Source of the DNA: Paraphysomonas bandaiensis
Taxonomy: Eukaryota; Protista; Chrysophyceae
Length of the DNA stretch: 64,000 bases
Direction of reading: 5' to 3'
NCBI GenBank assembly: GCA_965644295.1
Contig: CBFFRP010000241.1
Location: forward strand, 1 to 64,000
Shown: positions 8,213 to 22,364 of the stretch, piece by piece
How positions within the stretch are numbered: position 1 is the stretch's first letter
Layout: each line of letters starts with the position of its first letter
Notes under the pieces: generated by a model
The model's input: only the letters and a program-made list of their open reading frames with translations
What the model was told of the DNA's origin: nothing
The model's database searches: none
Made by a program: the position numbers and the translations under genes

Positions 8213-9505
8213 CTAGTACAGAAGCGGGAAAAACTCCTGCGACTGTAGCATATCCAAAACTTTCTCCACGAAGACATATATGTCACTATCGTTCTCACTT
8301 TTCGGCGAATCAGCTGAAGATATATCTTCGTGTTTCCTCTTCTTCGTACTGGCGGAAGTGTCCGGTGCTGTGGCATCGTCGCCAGGACCCTTGGCTATCA
8401 CCAGGAGCAAGAATCTGAGGAGGTGTTTGGCACCGAAATGATCGTAGAAATGTTTATTCTTATCTGATGATAGTAGCCGAGATAGCACTCCAGATGTAAT
8501 GAGGGCCTCTCTTTCCTCCATGTATAGCACACGATCTAGAAAGAGTTTCTCAAAAGCAACTAGAAGAGTATTGACTAGTGCGTATATGAGATCAGATAAA
8601 AGGGCACTGAACCAATGCTTACCATGAGAAGTATGTCGCTGTCTGGATTTATTGGAGGGTCTAGTAGGAGCAATGCGCTTATGAGATAACAGCTGATGTA
8701 CTGTGACAGAGGGTTCCGAATAATCGTGCGGTGCTATTCGATCATCTTGTAGCGCGCCAAACAGAGAAGCAGACAGAGTATAGCTACCCGAAGGAGTGTT
8801 CGCCGGGAACGTAACTGGTGAGAGCCAAGGTCGGTGCATAAGTACGGGGGGCACAGGAGGAGGGGACACATGAGCAGATGCTTGTTCCGGTTCCGAGTTG
8901 GTGGAAGGAGCAGATGGGTCACTGGAGGATTCAGGTGCCTTTCCTGAGTACAAATCAAGAACATCAACAAATGAGCAATATCACCTACCAATAGGTGTGG
9001 TCGTAGAAGTAGCTACTGGTTCTAGTCGTCAACACATATTAACCACAAAAGAATGATAAAGGCAGCAGTTACCTCTAGTTGTAGTAACAGTTATCTTCAA
9101 CGGACGTATCTTTGGTACATCAGGAGAATAAAACTTCAAATATACTTTTCCAGCAACATGAAGTTGAATAGCTTCAAACCAGTATATATAAGAACCATCA
9201 GGTTTACATTTCATGCATTTCTTTTGCAATTGTTTGGTTGGATTCGTCCATTCAATCTCAAAATCCATCATATGCTTCGTTTTACATATATGTCCATTTT
9301 TATCTAGAAAAACAAGTGGATAATAAAGTGATTTTCTATTAAATGACATCCACATGGATGGATGGTCTGAATATGTCAGTTCTGTGGGGATATGGATGTA
9401 TTTGGGTTTGTTTGTGTACCAGGATGCGATGCAGTCAATACGACAAGGAGGTAAAGTGGAATAATGAAACTTTGATTCTTGACGTGAATCACGTGATTTT
9501 CCCAT
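8213..9505 (-). CDS. MRG-domain-like chromatin protein (spliced, ~3 exons)
   Basis: TLSASLFGALQDD, FEKLFLDRVLYMEERE, HFGAKHLLRFLLLV resemble MRG15/Eaf3 motifs (LLY..ER.QY, YGAEHLLRLFV); GT-AG intron 9022-9072 and another ~8945-8988. Confidence 0.6.
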
Positions 9506-9988
9506 GTTTCTTATTGATTGATTAAGTGTGTAATGTTGTGTATAGGGAGATTGAGGTGAGTGAGACAGCCAGGGCGTGTATCTGAGAGTGGTATGTATAT
9601 ATATGCACATGTACATGAGTGTCTATATTCAAATATCTCCATACAGATATTCTATCTTGATACCATGAAACCCATGATTTATAGACATAATGTCTAATAT
9701 CTAAGAACTATTTTCAAAATATCTGGAGTTTTGTTGTATGAAAACTGGAATATTACACACTGCAATGTGTACTTGGACCTACAGAACTTGGACGCATACG
9801 ACATTCTATCAGTGTTGTGCAATCTATCAGTTTTCGCAATATAATGTACTTTTTATACATAAAAAATCAACTTTTACACTTTTTATATTTAAAAAACAAG
9901 CATTTTCTGTAAAAAAGACCCAACTCTCTAGACATACACACTACAGCAGATATTTTTTGGTGGGATATTGCCATTGTATCGGCCATCA

Positions 9989-10115
9989 GCATCTTATTTT
10001 TCGGAAATAAATTGAAGCAAATATTCTCTATATTACCTACATACAACTACGGCTAAAATACAGATAATTATTGCCTCAATAATAGAGGCATCTTGGAACA
10101 AAAATATACAGCGGA
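9989..10115 (+). repeat. Dispersed ~130-bp repeat (copies at 30840, 40639 inverted, 40691, 53488)
   Basis: gcatcttatttt(t)tcggaaataaattgaagcaaa..tctatattac..tacaactacggc(t)ggaatacagataattattg..tcaata..gaggcatct..aacaaaaatatac. Confidence 0.9.
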
Positions 10116-10334
10116 TGCCCACACGGTAGTATGGTAGGTCAACAGCCGTATCTTGTAGCCTCCTAGTGCCAGATACACACACCTTAACGCAGTATGCTTA
10201 TATACACAGTTATTTCTATCCATTTAATAATTCTATTGCAAAATTACAAGTCAATTAGTGTTCATTGAGTATTAATAGTGTTATCTTCAGTACAAGAAGA
10301 GTAAAATATATCATATCCGCCAATATAAGTGCAT

Positions 10335-10796
10335 ATGGATATCAATGAAGGTGACACGAAGGAGCTAATCAGAGATGATCCATGCAAGCGTCCTTACTTC
10401 TTTACTCGAAATAACATGTATGAACATGAATGGCGTATATGGAAAACACGTATTCCAGTATGGAGGGCTGCAAATACCGCCTTAATAGTGTATTCCCTCT
10501 ACCTGGGGGCCGATTTTACTGAAAGCCTCTGCACTGAAGCCATGACATTCATATGTGCCGTCTCTCTGATTGGGACGATAATATACTGGTTATGGAGTAC
10601 ATGGTGGGATGAGAGCTATGCTGTGCCGCCAACATGGACGTACATTAAAAATCAAGGATTTAATGCATTTTGGGTCGCATTTTGGTTAATATACAACTCA
10701 ATGCTGATAGGATGGGCCATATTCATGGCTGTTACAGCATACGTTTTTACTTATGCTGATCTTCGTGAAGTATTTCAGTGGCAGTGCTGGGATTAA
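10335..10796 (+). CDS. Small multi-pass membrane protein, unknown function
   Basis: 153-aa ORF, three hydrophobic Trp-rich segments. Confidence 0.6.
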   Translation: MDINEGDTKELIRDDPCKRPYFFTRNNMYEHEWRIWKTRIPVWRAANTALIVYSLYLGADFTESLCTEAMTFICAVSLIGTIIYWLWSTWWDESYAVPPTWTYIKNQGFNAFWVAFWLIYNSMLIGWAIFMAVTAYVFTYADLREVFQWQCWD

Positions 10797-11479
10797 ATAT
10801 TGAGTGTTGCGTATTTCGTAATAGCCTGTTGTTACGTTGTTACACATATAATCATTCGTGCAATGTCTCTAAAGTGGCAATGAAATAGGAATTACGTAAT
10901 AGAGTGATCAACATGCCTCGCTGTTGTATATCGCTTATATAATAAGATTATGACCCGCAAGTGCGATAGTTATTGTAAATCTATATTTTAGAATTGTTAC
11001 GTGACTGTAGGAAACAGGTCTATAACGAGTAACGAGTAAGCTTCGAAAGAATTGGATTGGAGCCATCATAATAGAAATTTAATAACACTACTTGTAAGTA
11101 TGTAGTGCTAGTTCAAATATTTCATTGCAGATGATTATCCTAAAGTGCTCCGCTAGTGGAGAGTAATTCATCAGAATAACTCTCTAATAGTATTTCTCAA
11201 ATTTAGAAGTTGCTGTATACTTGACTTCACTCAAATAATACAGGTTCGATGAAATATTAGTCCAAGACGTTTAGAAATCCTACGCTTTCTCACCACGACG
11301 TAGTCGTTATGCACTGAGTTTAAATACAATACAGATGTCATACTGGATAGTTACACAGTCATAAATTTATATAAAGAGCTGACACCTATCATTCGTGAAA
11401 GCCAGTTGAAGTATGTAATATAAAAATACAATATAATAATTTAAGTTATATTAGACAGTGATATCTCTACAATGTACTA

Positions 11480-12572
11480 TTATTTAGTTGTTCCAACCAG
11501 CCCGGCCTCATACAAGGTTTTGATCTTTCTCGCTGTCACTGGATTGCTCATATGTTGACGGAACTTTACTGGATCGTTGCATTCCTTCAGAATCTGTTGA
11601 AGTTCGACATCCATTAATAACGCGCGCAACTCATCGTTCTGTACGATCTCCTTTACTCGCTCGCTGTCGTCAGGGCATCCCTCCGCTACAGATACAGCGG
11701 TATTACTTCCGGTGTTCTGCTGTTTCTGCCTGGCGAGGGCCTCAGCATGCAGCGGCCCCAACTCCTGTACCACCGGACCCTTGTTCTGTTGTTGTTGCTC
11801 TTGGCCCTGCTGCTGTCCTTGTGCCTCCCCCAATGCCGTGAAGTGAGTAGACATAACACGTCCAAACTCCTGCAAAAACGCACTAACATCCGGGTCTCCT
11901 TCAAATCTGCGCTTCGCCTCCTTCGGATCACTTTGTAATAATGTCAGTGCCGCCATGCACTTAGGGTTGCTCAATCCTCGAGCCAGTATAGGATTATCCT
12001 GTAGTTGGTTCATCAACTCTGGGGTTGCCCACTCTGTTGCAAAATGATAATTGCCGATGAGTTGATGCACACGTACCTCCTTGCTTTACCTTCTGTAGCA
12101 GAGGATTGGTATCTTCTTTCATGGCCTGCTGCACATCATCCATCACAAGAGACCCTGAACCACTATTTTCCGCAGAGGGTTTGATGGTCGGCATCTCCTC
12201 CTTACCAGACGATGGAGACGGCAATGGTGGTGCAGATGACGCCGATGAAACAGGTGTCTTCCCTTTCTTAGTCGATTTACTCGAACCAGAACCTAAGAAG
12301 CCCTTCTTAAACCCCCCAGCAAATCCAGTTTTTGCATCCTTTTCTCTTTCTACTCTCTTGCATTCATCATCTTTCTTCTTAGCTTCTAACTGAGCAGCCA
12401 TCATCATCTCCATCAGAGATGGACCATCATCACCACCGTCCTTTGCATGCTTCTCACTTGGCACACCAATCTCTTCAATAAGTTTATTCGTTGGTGTAGG
12501 AACATTCTTGGAATTTTCTTGAAGTAGTGTTTCTACTACTTTTGATTTTTCATTTTCAGTCCTGCAACACAA
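11480..12572 (-). CDS. STI1/DP-domain co-chaperone-like protein (spliced; first exon not resolved)
   Basis: LQDNPILARGLSNPKCMAAL and LLMDVELQQILKECNDP..HMSNPVTARKIKTLYEAGLV are STI1 (Hop DP) motifs; 43-bp GT-AG intron 12034-12076 joins the two ORFs. Confidence 0.7.
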
Positions 12573-12854
12573 TCAGCACACACACATACATACATACACA
12601 CACATAGACACACACATACATACACACATACACATACATACGCTCTGTGGCAGTTATTACATGATGATAATGCACAATGCTTAGAGGGATAATATCAAGA
12701 GGATCACTGGATGACTCAGTGGATAATCAGTCGAGTGGTTAGTGGATCAGCTGGAAATGCATAATGCTGAGTAAAAGCAACGCAGTGGCATAACTGAAGC
12801 AGCCAGGTGTGTATATACATACATATACAGCAGTACATACCACAACTGTATATA

Positions 12855-13245
12855 AATACTACTGTATATGTACATAAGTACAGTTACCGCTATATATATA
12901 CGTACCACTGTATATACACGTACCACTGTATATATACACGTACCACTGTATATATACACGTACCACTGTATATATACACGTACCACAATATATACACACG
13001 TACCACTGTATATACACGTACCACAATATATACACGTACCATTGTACATAAGTACACGTACCATTGTACATAAGTACACGTACCGCTATATATATACACG
13101 TACCACTATATATACACGTACCACTGTATATACACGTACCACTGTATATGTATACACGAACCACTATATATACACGTACCACTGTACATAAGTATATGTA
13201 CCATTGTATATAGACATACCACTGTATATATATACACGTACCATA
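12855..13245. repeat. Minisatellite, ~19-21 bp unit (TA)nCACGTACCACTG
   Basis: Roughly 19 tandem variants such as tatatatacacgtaccactg and tacataagtacacgtaccattg. Confidence 0.92.
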
Positions 13246-13570
13246 TAACTGTAATGTGTTGTTGTATAAGTAGTATACTGGTAAAGCAGAGAAGATGCAT
13301 AAATCCTTATATATGTGTTATAAATTATAAACAGAGTACAATGTAAGGAAGAAGCGTCTTCAAGAGCGCGACAATAAGAGAACCGTATATACGTATATAC
13401 AATAAGAGAATGGCTGCCAGGTCCAACTGCGTGTATTAAGAATGCAGCGAATAGCAACTATACTAATTGAACACATCTAGTTAGTTACAAACGTACGGCT
13501 TACACCTTACAATAATAAAATACAGAAAAACATATAACTGTGACTCTAAAGCTCTGATTGCACTCAGCAA

Positions 13571-14686
13571 CTATACTTCTGAGAGCTTTCTCCGGCCCCT
13601 CTCAAACTTACGAGATGGCACAGCACCCAATATAGCTTTTTCCCAACATTTTGTGTGGTTATAAATACAGAGAGCATTAAATACCTGGTCTATATTAAGT
13701 ACCACATTAGGGCAGCTTGGAATGACTTCTCGAACAGGTAACCGATAAGAAACAATCTACTCACAAAATATTAGTAACAGAACACAAAAGAATAGAATAC
13801 ATGGCTTACATTGTTGTCATTAGCCTTGCGAGCGGTCATATATTTCCGTATGCATTTGTCTACTATACCACCTATTACATACACCTAACTCCACAGATGA
13901 AATTATCCATGAATCGAAGACAGCAAATTTACGTGGTTCCAAAAAGATAAAAAACAAAGCACCAGGTTCTTTTCATCTACTACAACTCACAAAAGTATTG
14001 CCACTAAAATTTTACTAAAACATTTCCTACTCTATGCACAAGTGTATATACGGCGCATAACATACCTTAGTCGGATCTAATGTTTCCAACACCTCCTTTG
14101 CGTCAGGAGATAAATACACTAGTTCTTCACGGGCAAAATTGTCTAATACGCTGTCTTCGTGTCTATGCACATGCCAGTTATCTGCTCCTTGTTTCCGCAG
14201 TGAATCTTGCAAAAATCCCGTCACTGATGTGAGATGCAAAGCAACCGGATCAGGTGCACGCTTCAACGTCAAGTAAGTTAATCGCAATTGAGTCTCAACA
14301 CTCCGAATTTCAGATAAAAGAGTGATAGGAGTAATAAATTCTAAATCAATACACACTCTTTGTGATGCATTTAATGAATTCATTGCATTTCGTTGTTCAT
14401 GTAGCTTCTTCTCATACTGTAACTGTTTCATATGATGAAACTCCTCTTTTGTCATTGAATTTATTGGGGTTTTATGTATAAATTGTTGATTTTTATGTTG
14501 TTTCTTGGAGTTTTTATATAAATAATTAATTTTAAGTTGTTTTTGTATGGATTTGAGATGTCGACGAGAGAGAGCTCGGCTGATGGTTTCATTGGGAGAT
14601 AAGGGAGGGGTTGCTTTGGAGGAGAGATGGTGGTGGAGGTATGTGCGAATAGGATGATGGAAATGATGGGGTTTTATCATATTCAA
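13571..14686 (-). CDS. TRM10: tRNA m1G9/m1A9 methyltransferase Trm10-like (SPOUT), spliced
   Basis: RVCIDLEF, LVYLSPDAKEVLETLDPTK|VYVIGGIVDK, LPVREVI..VVLNIDQVF..WEKAILGAVPSRK across exons; intron 13885-14065. Confidence 0.88.
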
Positions 14687-14771
14687 CTATAGTGCAGCAT
14701 GTCATAGTCTGAGTGATAAGAACATAACACCTTAACCCACACCTGCAAACCACATACACTTACACAGAGCA

Positions 14772-14936
14772 GTACATACATACATACATACATACATACA
14801 TACATACATACATACATACATACATACATACATACATACATACATACATACATACATACATACATACATACATACATACCTACATACATACATACATACA
14901 TACATACATACATACATACATACATACATACATACA

Positions 14937-14967
<31 letters not shown>

Positions 14968-15081
14968 GTACATACATGCATACATACATACATACATACA
15001 TACATACATACATACATACATACATACATACATACATACATACATACATACATACATACATACATACATACATACATACAT
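14772..15081. repeat. (TACA)n microsatellite, ~310 bp
   Basis: Near-perfect tetranucleotide array between divergent TRM10 and sAC genes. Confidence 0.98.
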
Positions 15082-15310
15082 CTAGAATAGTCTCTGCATT
15101 TTCTTCCCTTTTAGATTTTTTTTCAGCGTATTTTCATGAGTGTTCAGTGGCCCCTGCAAACTATGAGGGTTGTATACGGGGATTTCCATACATTAGGCAT
15201 CCCCTTCCAGTCAACGTCCTCCATAACCCTCATAGTCATAATACCCAACTATATATACATAATAAACCCTTTAAAACACACCCTCCACACATCTCTTCAA
15301 TTCCTTCATC

Positions 15311-18300
15311 ATGCCCAATCGAATCACACCAGAAGAACACCTTCAATCCTTTCAATCAAAGCTTACAACACGCTTATCTACAGAGACAAGTGCATCCTTC
15401 ACATCCACCTTAACTAACACTGATATATTAACCTCATATGATAATTCTATTAAATCATTCTCTCCAAATATTCTTTTAAATGAATTAGCATCCTTAAATT
15501 CACTTCATGTGAAATCTAGTCACTTTAAAGGTGTATGTATGTTGGCTGATATATCAGGCTTTACTAAACTATCAAGTGAATTAGTTCAAGATAAAGTTAA
15601 TGGTTTAGATAATTTACGACGTGCAACTAGTGGATTTTTAAGTAAATTTATATATATTGTTTATTCATTTGGAGGAGATGGTATTCGTGTATTGTATTGA
15701 AAGTATTTTCTATTAACTGTGTGATACTTATAGTGATATCGTTTGCTGGAGATGCTTTAATATGCATATTCAAGAATGATGATGGACAGTCTGAGTGTAC
15801 CAGTAAACAACGTGCAATTGAATGCGGACTAATGCTGAAAGAACATTGTACCGAGCACCTATCTGCACATATAGCATTGAGCTACGGGGATTTATATTTT
15901 GCTTTTTTGGGGGGGTATGCGGATAATTGGGTTCATGTTATGAACGGAAATTGTATGGAAGATCTCTCATCTTGCATAGAAGAAGCGGCTTCGAAGGAGC
16001 TGGTCGTAAGTGCTGCACTCTATGAATGTATTCCGGAACTATACAAACAGCTTCTGCAATCTGCTAGACTGGACTCCGGCAACGTGCGACTAGATTGTGT
16101 TACCCAGTCCACGGAGAAACCCCTGAAGGAAACAGAGTGCACTGTTGATCGATTTAATATTCCATTCACCCCATCCACGCCGTTCACTCGGCACATGCTG
16201 TCCTTCTTACCACCCACAGTGCTAGCATCGATGCACGCCAATTCCTTCCGATCTGTGTCAGAGCTTAGACGTATTACTACCATGTTTGTTAAGCTGGATA
16301 GCTACTCCTTGCAGTATCACTCGGACCCGACTGCATTGCAGCCTTTTTTTCTAATGGCACAAAAGGCCATTTCCAGTACTGGTAAGGATCTTCACTACTA
16401 CATGCGTACCACTCTAATTGCGTTATACTAAGTTTCATTTGACTGTCGTGAGTATATTGTCAGTCCTAATATATACCTATATTGTGCAGGTGGGGTTCTT
16501 CGGCAGTTCTTAGTGGATGATAAAGGATGTGTCTTAATAATACTCTGGGGAGTTCCGTCGGCTTCATTTGCCAATAATCCAATGCGAGCTCTCTGTTGTG
16601 CGTCGTTACTATTCAATCAGGCCGCCGACATGGATCATGCTGTCTCTGTGGGAATAACCACCGGTATGGGGTACTGTGGCACAATTGGTTCGCTTCTTCG
16701 TCGCGACTATGTAGCGATTGGAGATACTGTGAATTTATCTGCCCGGCTGATGGGTCGTGCCCGCGGCCGTGTGCTTCTAGACGAGACTACCTACTGTGGA
16801 CTACCAAATTCTTTGAAGGCGCTATTGACCCGAGGTGAGGAAATGACATTGAAAGGAAAACCGGAACCCGTAACGCCTTACACCTTTCTAATCAATGAAA
16901 GTAATATTAACAAAACTACCCCTAGTGTTCCGCATATTCCTCTGTCATCGATACAAACCGTTACATTCCATGCGCAACATATCAGCGACACTGATAACAG
17001 AGAAGATACTCAGGGATCTGGACAAAACAAGGAGAGTTTTTTCTGTGATAAGTTGCAACATACACTTCATAGCCTTGTCTCAAAGTTGTCTGCCCAACAT
17101 GTCAATCTTATCAGATGCAGTAACGATATTGTACCCTACGACGACTCTACAAAGAGCGCATGTCCAGTAGGTGCTATGGTTGCTGCAAGTGCATTCCCAA
17201 TGATGCGACATGTAGTGGTAGAAGGTCCACATGGATCGGGAAAAACTGAAGTTGTCCGTTACTTAAAATCCGTGTCACTGAAACACAAGGTCAGATGTTT
17301 TGCGGTAACAGTCAGCGAGACAGACAGCTTTGCTGATTTTAGTGTTTTTCGAAAGCTATTTGGGGACATTGTGGGTGTGGACATCACAAACGGTATTGAA
17401 CAAGTCCAGAAAGTTGTGTTGCGGTTGCTAAAGTTGGCTTACCCGTGTTTGCCAGACGAGTGCATTGAACGAAAATATGATGACATCAAACACATTCTCG
17501 GAATCGAGTGGAGCAGTGGTAAGAGCGATCATAGGTCTAAACGTAGCAGCACGTCGTGTATATTTAAGGCCAACCAAAGTGATATCAGCGTCGTTGTGGG
17601 AGTAATGTATAGATTGTTGTGTTGCATACCTACTGTGATAGTTATCGACGACATGCATCACTGCGACTCACAGTCACGCAAAATAATTTCAGAGATGCTT
17701 ACTTTTTCCGCACCACTGCTTTTGATGTGGACACAGCGAGCACCATTACCTCCTCGTGATGTTTTTGGTGCTGACCCCAATGTTATCCATAATTTGATGA
17801 AGTCACCAGGTTGGGGTTTGCTAAAGAGGCTTAAGTCCTTGTTTGTGTCTACAGCCACTGTCGCACCATCCTCCCGAGAATCTGATGAATGTAGTCGCCA
17901 AGTAGGTAACGGTACATACTTGCGGCTGTCGCCGCTATCGCTCGAACAAGTGGAACATCTGCTGCAGTCTTTATTGTGTTTAGAGACTGTTCCGCGCAGA
18001 TTACTGCTGTTGGTGTCTAGTGTATCGTCGGGAAACCCCTATTGGATAAATTCTATCGCAGCTTTTGTGACTTCATTTGGCGTGAGCTCCTTCGTGGAAT
18101 CTATTGGAGTTATCGATAGCCACCGTAGTGAGGACCAGAGTGGACCAGAGACAACTGAGAGTGGCGCCATCGAAATTGACCCCGCCCAACCTCCCGCTTT
18201 GACTGGGTATGATCAGTACGGTATTTCACATCGAAACAGACTAGCTGGATCATGCTTGACTGCACCATCTTCATCCTCTACTACAGTAAAACTGCACTCT

Positions 18301-19137
18301 ATTTATCTCCGCGATTACATCGTGAGCTTGGTGGATGCCTTACCACTCATAGAACAAACAGTTCTCAAGTACGCTAGCATTCAGGGTGTCAGCTTCTGCT
18401 CGCTGTTGCTCTCAGATACTTTGCCAGTGCAGTACACCAAGACAGGGGTAGTTGGAGTAGCATTGGATAAGCTAGAGAATAGTGGGTTTATTATCAAGGG
18501 TTCGGTGGAAGGGGACCTGTATTCATTCCAGAACCATCGCATTCGGGAAATCATATACGACTTTACACCACCAAGGTACAGTTGTTTCTGCGGTTGACTT
18601 GATATACTGTACCGTGAACATTGAAATTTGTTATAGCACTAATTGTTACAATTTGCAGTGATAGGAGCAAGTTACACGTGAGGATTGCTGGGCTTATGGA
18701 GAAGCACTGCATAGACAAGGATTATAAAATGTATAGCGGGTAATTTGCTACGATGTGCTTCTGGCAAACAATTGATGCGCTGCAGGTTGGCCTACCACTA
18801 CACGCAGGGAATACCAGGGGACCCTTCTTGCCGTCGCCCGGCCCTGAAGTATACACTCCTTGCCGCCCGACAGCATTGCGATGATACCTCTCAAGCCCTA
18901 CCATTCCTTCATTTAGCGGAAAACTTGGCAGGTGATGACAATGTTGGCGTTGTACTTGAGGAAACTTTGATCGTACATAAAAAACATGTACGGAAAGAGG
19001 GTCACGACCACTCCGAACTTAAGAATCTGCAGGCAAGGCTTGAACGACGAGTCGGCAACAGTACAGTTCTGACAAACTCGACACAAGGAAGTGGAGCCGC
19101 AATGCCTCTTATTGGAACTGTGCGCGTGGGTTGCTGA
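15311..19137 (+). CDS. Soluble adenylyl cyclase (sAC/ADCY10-like): two class III cyclase domains + STAND/AAA NTPase, spliced
   Basis: CMLADISGFTKL, ISFAGDAL (C1); VDDKG, GITTG..YCGTIG..RRDYVAIGDTVNLSARLM (C2); VVEGPHGSGKT and VIVIDD (Walker A/B); SSGNPYWI; YSFQNHRIREIIY; LAYHY. Confidence 0.9.
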
Positions 19138-20999
19138 CACATTCCATTTTAAGATTTCTATATATATGTTAGCATTTCATCATGACGGCATTATGATCTT
19201 ATAGTTATTCGACTGACTAGCGCTAGCATCGGCACAGCCATTTTTTTAGTGCGCTACATAGGTCAACCGGCTTGACGTATACTGCTCTGTGATTCGTTTC
19301 TGATGTCGCACTGTACCAACTAAGCGGCCAAATTTTAGGTGTGCAAGGGTGTAAAAAGTTTACTGCTGGAGTACTGATTGGAAATATAAATAGATATAAA
19401 GTAAATCATTCAGCTATTGTGATGATGTAATATACATACCTGTGTCCATGATTGCATTTGTCCAGGTTAGAGACATGAAAATTCTGAACTTCTATAACTA
19501 GAAGTAAATCGAGATGTATCATTGAATATAGTTAATGTGGGTGAAATGGCTTGTCACTAAACTATAATTTGCTTCGTCAAGATAATAATTATTCTTATCC
19601 AATCATTACTAAAACCTAGAAGTAAGTTACGCTCGTGTATAGGTACTTACTGTTTCATCACATTATACATTGATAAGAACGTTGTTAATACAAATTCAGG
19701 AAATATTGTGTTCTGGGGGATTAGTACTGGATACTAACGTGAGCCGCATACAGTCAGTAGATAATGTATTGCCCAAGCATAGCTAAATGCTTATGTGGTA
19801 CAAGACACGCTAGTATAAGTGTCATTTGTGTAGACGTCTTTGAGCCTTGACGAATATAACCAGGACTTCGCAGCAACGCTTCAAGAATATTTCTGGAGAG
19901 TTCATATGCCACATCTAATGCTAAAGATGATTAGAAGCAGTAGTACCCAGCCCTATCAGGATAGTGTGTCATTTGTGAGCAATTAAAGGATACATTTCTA
20001 AGGTAGTTAAATTATGTCGACCACTTGATTAATACAGTAGTAGTTAACAGTATTAAATAACATGAACTATTGATATGACATGAATTATGTAGTGAAACTG
20101 AAATATATCGATTGTATTAGATCGTGCCTATTAAAGAGTGGTAGTCGAGAGAATGTAATTGTAGCGAAATATTGGGCGTCGAGTTTAAACGATGTTCAGT
20201 TAATTATTTTGTATTGAACAAAACCTAGTGAAATTTTTGATGATGGTCGGAAAAAGGCATAACTATGCACAATAAGTAACTATGAAGATATTAACAGTGT
20301 GAAAAGTATTATTTGTAATATATTTTACTAATTTCTTCCATTATACTTCAGTTTTACAGCGATAAAAGTCACCGACTACACATAATATATATTATATACA
20401 GCTCAAGCGTTTCAGTCATAAGCATCAAGCTACTCGTTGTACGACACCCCACAACGTCGATATTTTCCGATATCAAAACATTCTCAGATGAGAGCGCGCA
20501 TTGACCCACCTATTATGTTGTTGTAGGCTCTGCCGCTTTCTCCGATTGCTGTTTTTTAGTCCTTCTCATTGACGAAGCCACTATATATATAATATATATT
20601 ATATATAAAACAGTTGAAGTGTAAACTTCGCTTCCGTAGTTTCTCTATTGCATACGCACGACGTATCTTGAATGAATGGATATCACGTCACATGCATGCA
20701 TATTATACAGTAATGTCCTTGTGATCATGGTTTGTCTGAGTATGTCTGCTCACAGTGATGCTAATGGAGGGATGATGCTGGTAGACTAATTCAGAGGTGC
20801 TGAGCACGAATCTATCGTCATATTATTATATTTCATTGAGTATTAATAGCTATAGATAGCATGATGACATCGTATCACTCAACTCACATGTATGCATTAG
20901 CTGCAATATGAACACAACCAGACGACACATGCATGTATGTTATGTACTGACAACACTCTGATTGTTTATGCAGTATGTATTACTCAACTTTAATCTACG

Positions 21000-21290
21000 A
21001 TATCAGTGTCTATGAATAATGTCCACTTCTTACGTCTTAAATTCATTTTTCACAGTTATGAGGATCCACATGACTTTGGGGAGCACGAGATTCGTGGTGA
21101 GAGTACCAAGCGTGAAGTACATGGGCTGAGGGTTGGACTGGGACACCAATGTGGTTGGAGCTCTCTCGAATCGCGGTTTAGGCCTAGGGTATATGTAGCG
21201 TTGTTGGAGTCAGCATAGATATCATTGTCTATGAATAATGTCCACTTCTTCTGTCTCGAATTCATTTTTCGCAGTTATGAGGATCCGACA
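21000..21290. repeat. ~65-bp direct repeat, two copies ~220 bp apart
   Basis: gatatca(g/t)tgtctatgaataatgtccacttctt..aattcatttttc(a/g)cagttatgaggatcc at ~21000 and ~21219. Confidence 0.8.
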
Positions 21291-22364
21291 TAATCAAATG
21301 TAATATCAATAGGAAAAGGTCACCACAAGTGGTACACTTCACATTCAGAATGGAATGAGAGAGAAATCTGATGGCACATACTGTAATGTAGGCTCAGCGA
21401 TCTCGTTCCTCTATTTTCAATATTTCAAGACGTTTTGGCGGCTCACTTCGAAGAGATAGAACCATGTGTGGCACTTCTTCTGCCACCTGGAGAAATGCTT
21501 CGCATCGAATTCCGGCATTGAGTTTTGTCGCTTGTCGGTTGTCGAATCCGAGTCGGTTGAGTCATCCGCTACCAAATGCAGATTTAAGCTTAGTAATAGT
21601 AAGAAGAATGTTGTGGTTATTAGAGTGTAAAGTGATAAACACAGTATTGTAGAATAAGTGAATAATAATGCAGAACATAACTATCACACACAACGGAATA
21701 GGGAATAGTTAGAAGTATAACTGACAACGACGATCATTATGATGACGATCATCGATCATGTATCTTCAACAGGTACTCTCTCTACTTCAGTTCATGATAT
21801 ATTTCATTGAACTTTATAACTCGCATATACGCATATACTATCTTATATTAAGATGAATCCTAATACGGCGACGTATAAGCAACATACGTAGCAGCGATTT
21901 TAGACTAGTTAGTAAATGGTAGATGCTTATCTAGCTTGACTAGTTTGTCCATCTAGCTACTAATCTGGTTCCGACTCTTGAAGGCATACTAATTAAACAG
22001 ACAGTTACTACATCAAATAAAATATGAAATCAGATTATTAGTATTACTATGTCATATCAGTCATTTATCGCGACAAATCATAATTGCAGCTACCAAAGAA
22101 AAACTACTGTTATAAAAATAATCGGTAAAGTGTAGTCAAAAGAAGAATAACTGTAACTCAAGTACTGCTGCTTTAGCAACAGTTTCAAACATATACTTGC
22201 TGCCGACGTCAGCAGAAATTCAAATCAAGGGATAACGACATACGGTGATGCCAATAATACGAGCACAATGTTAAACAAATATACTTCTATCATCACGCCA
22301 TATCAAACGGTCGTGATGTGTTTTAAAGTTAGGCTGAACACCATGGATGAGTTCTTCAACCGGA

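Noticed and set aside
12855-13245. CRISPR-like array
   Set aside because: Units are contiguous with no unique spacers, no cas genes, eukaryotic context
14683-15413. ORFs MYVC.. / HTYI.. (also 12747-13300, 23221-23841, 29988-30293)
   Set aside because: Translations of micro- and minisatellites
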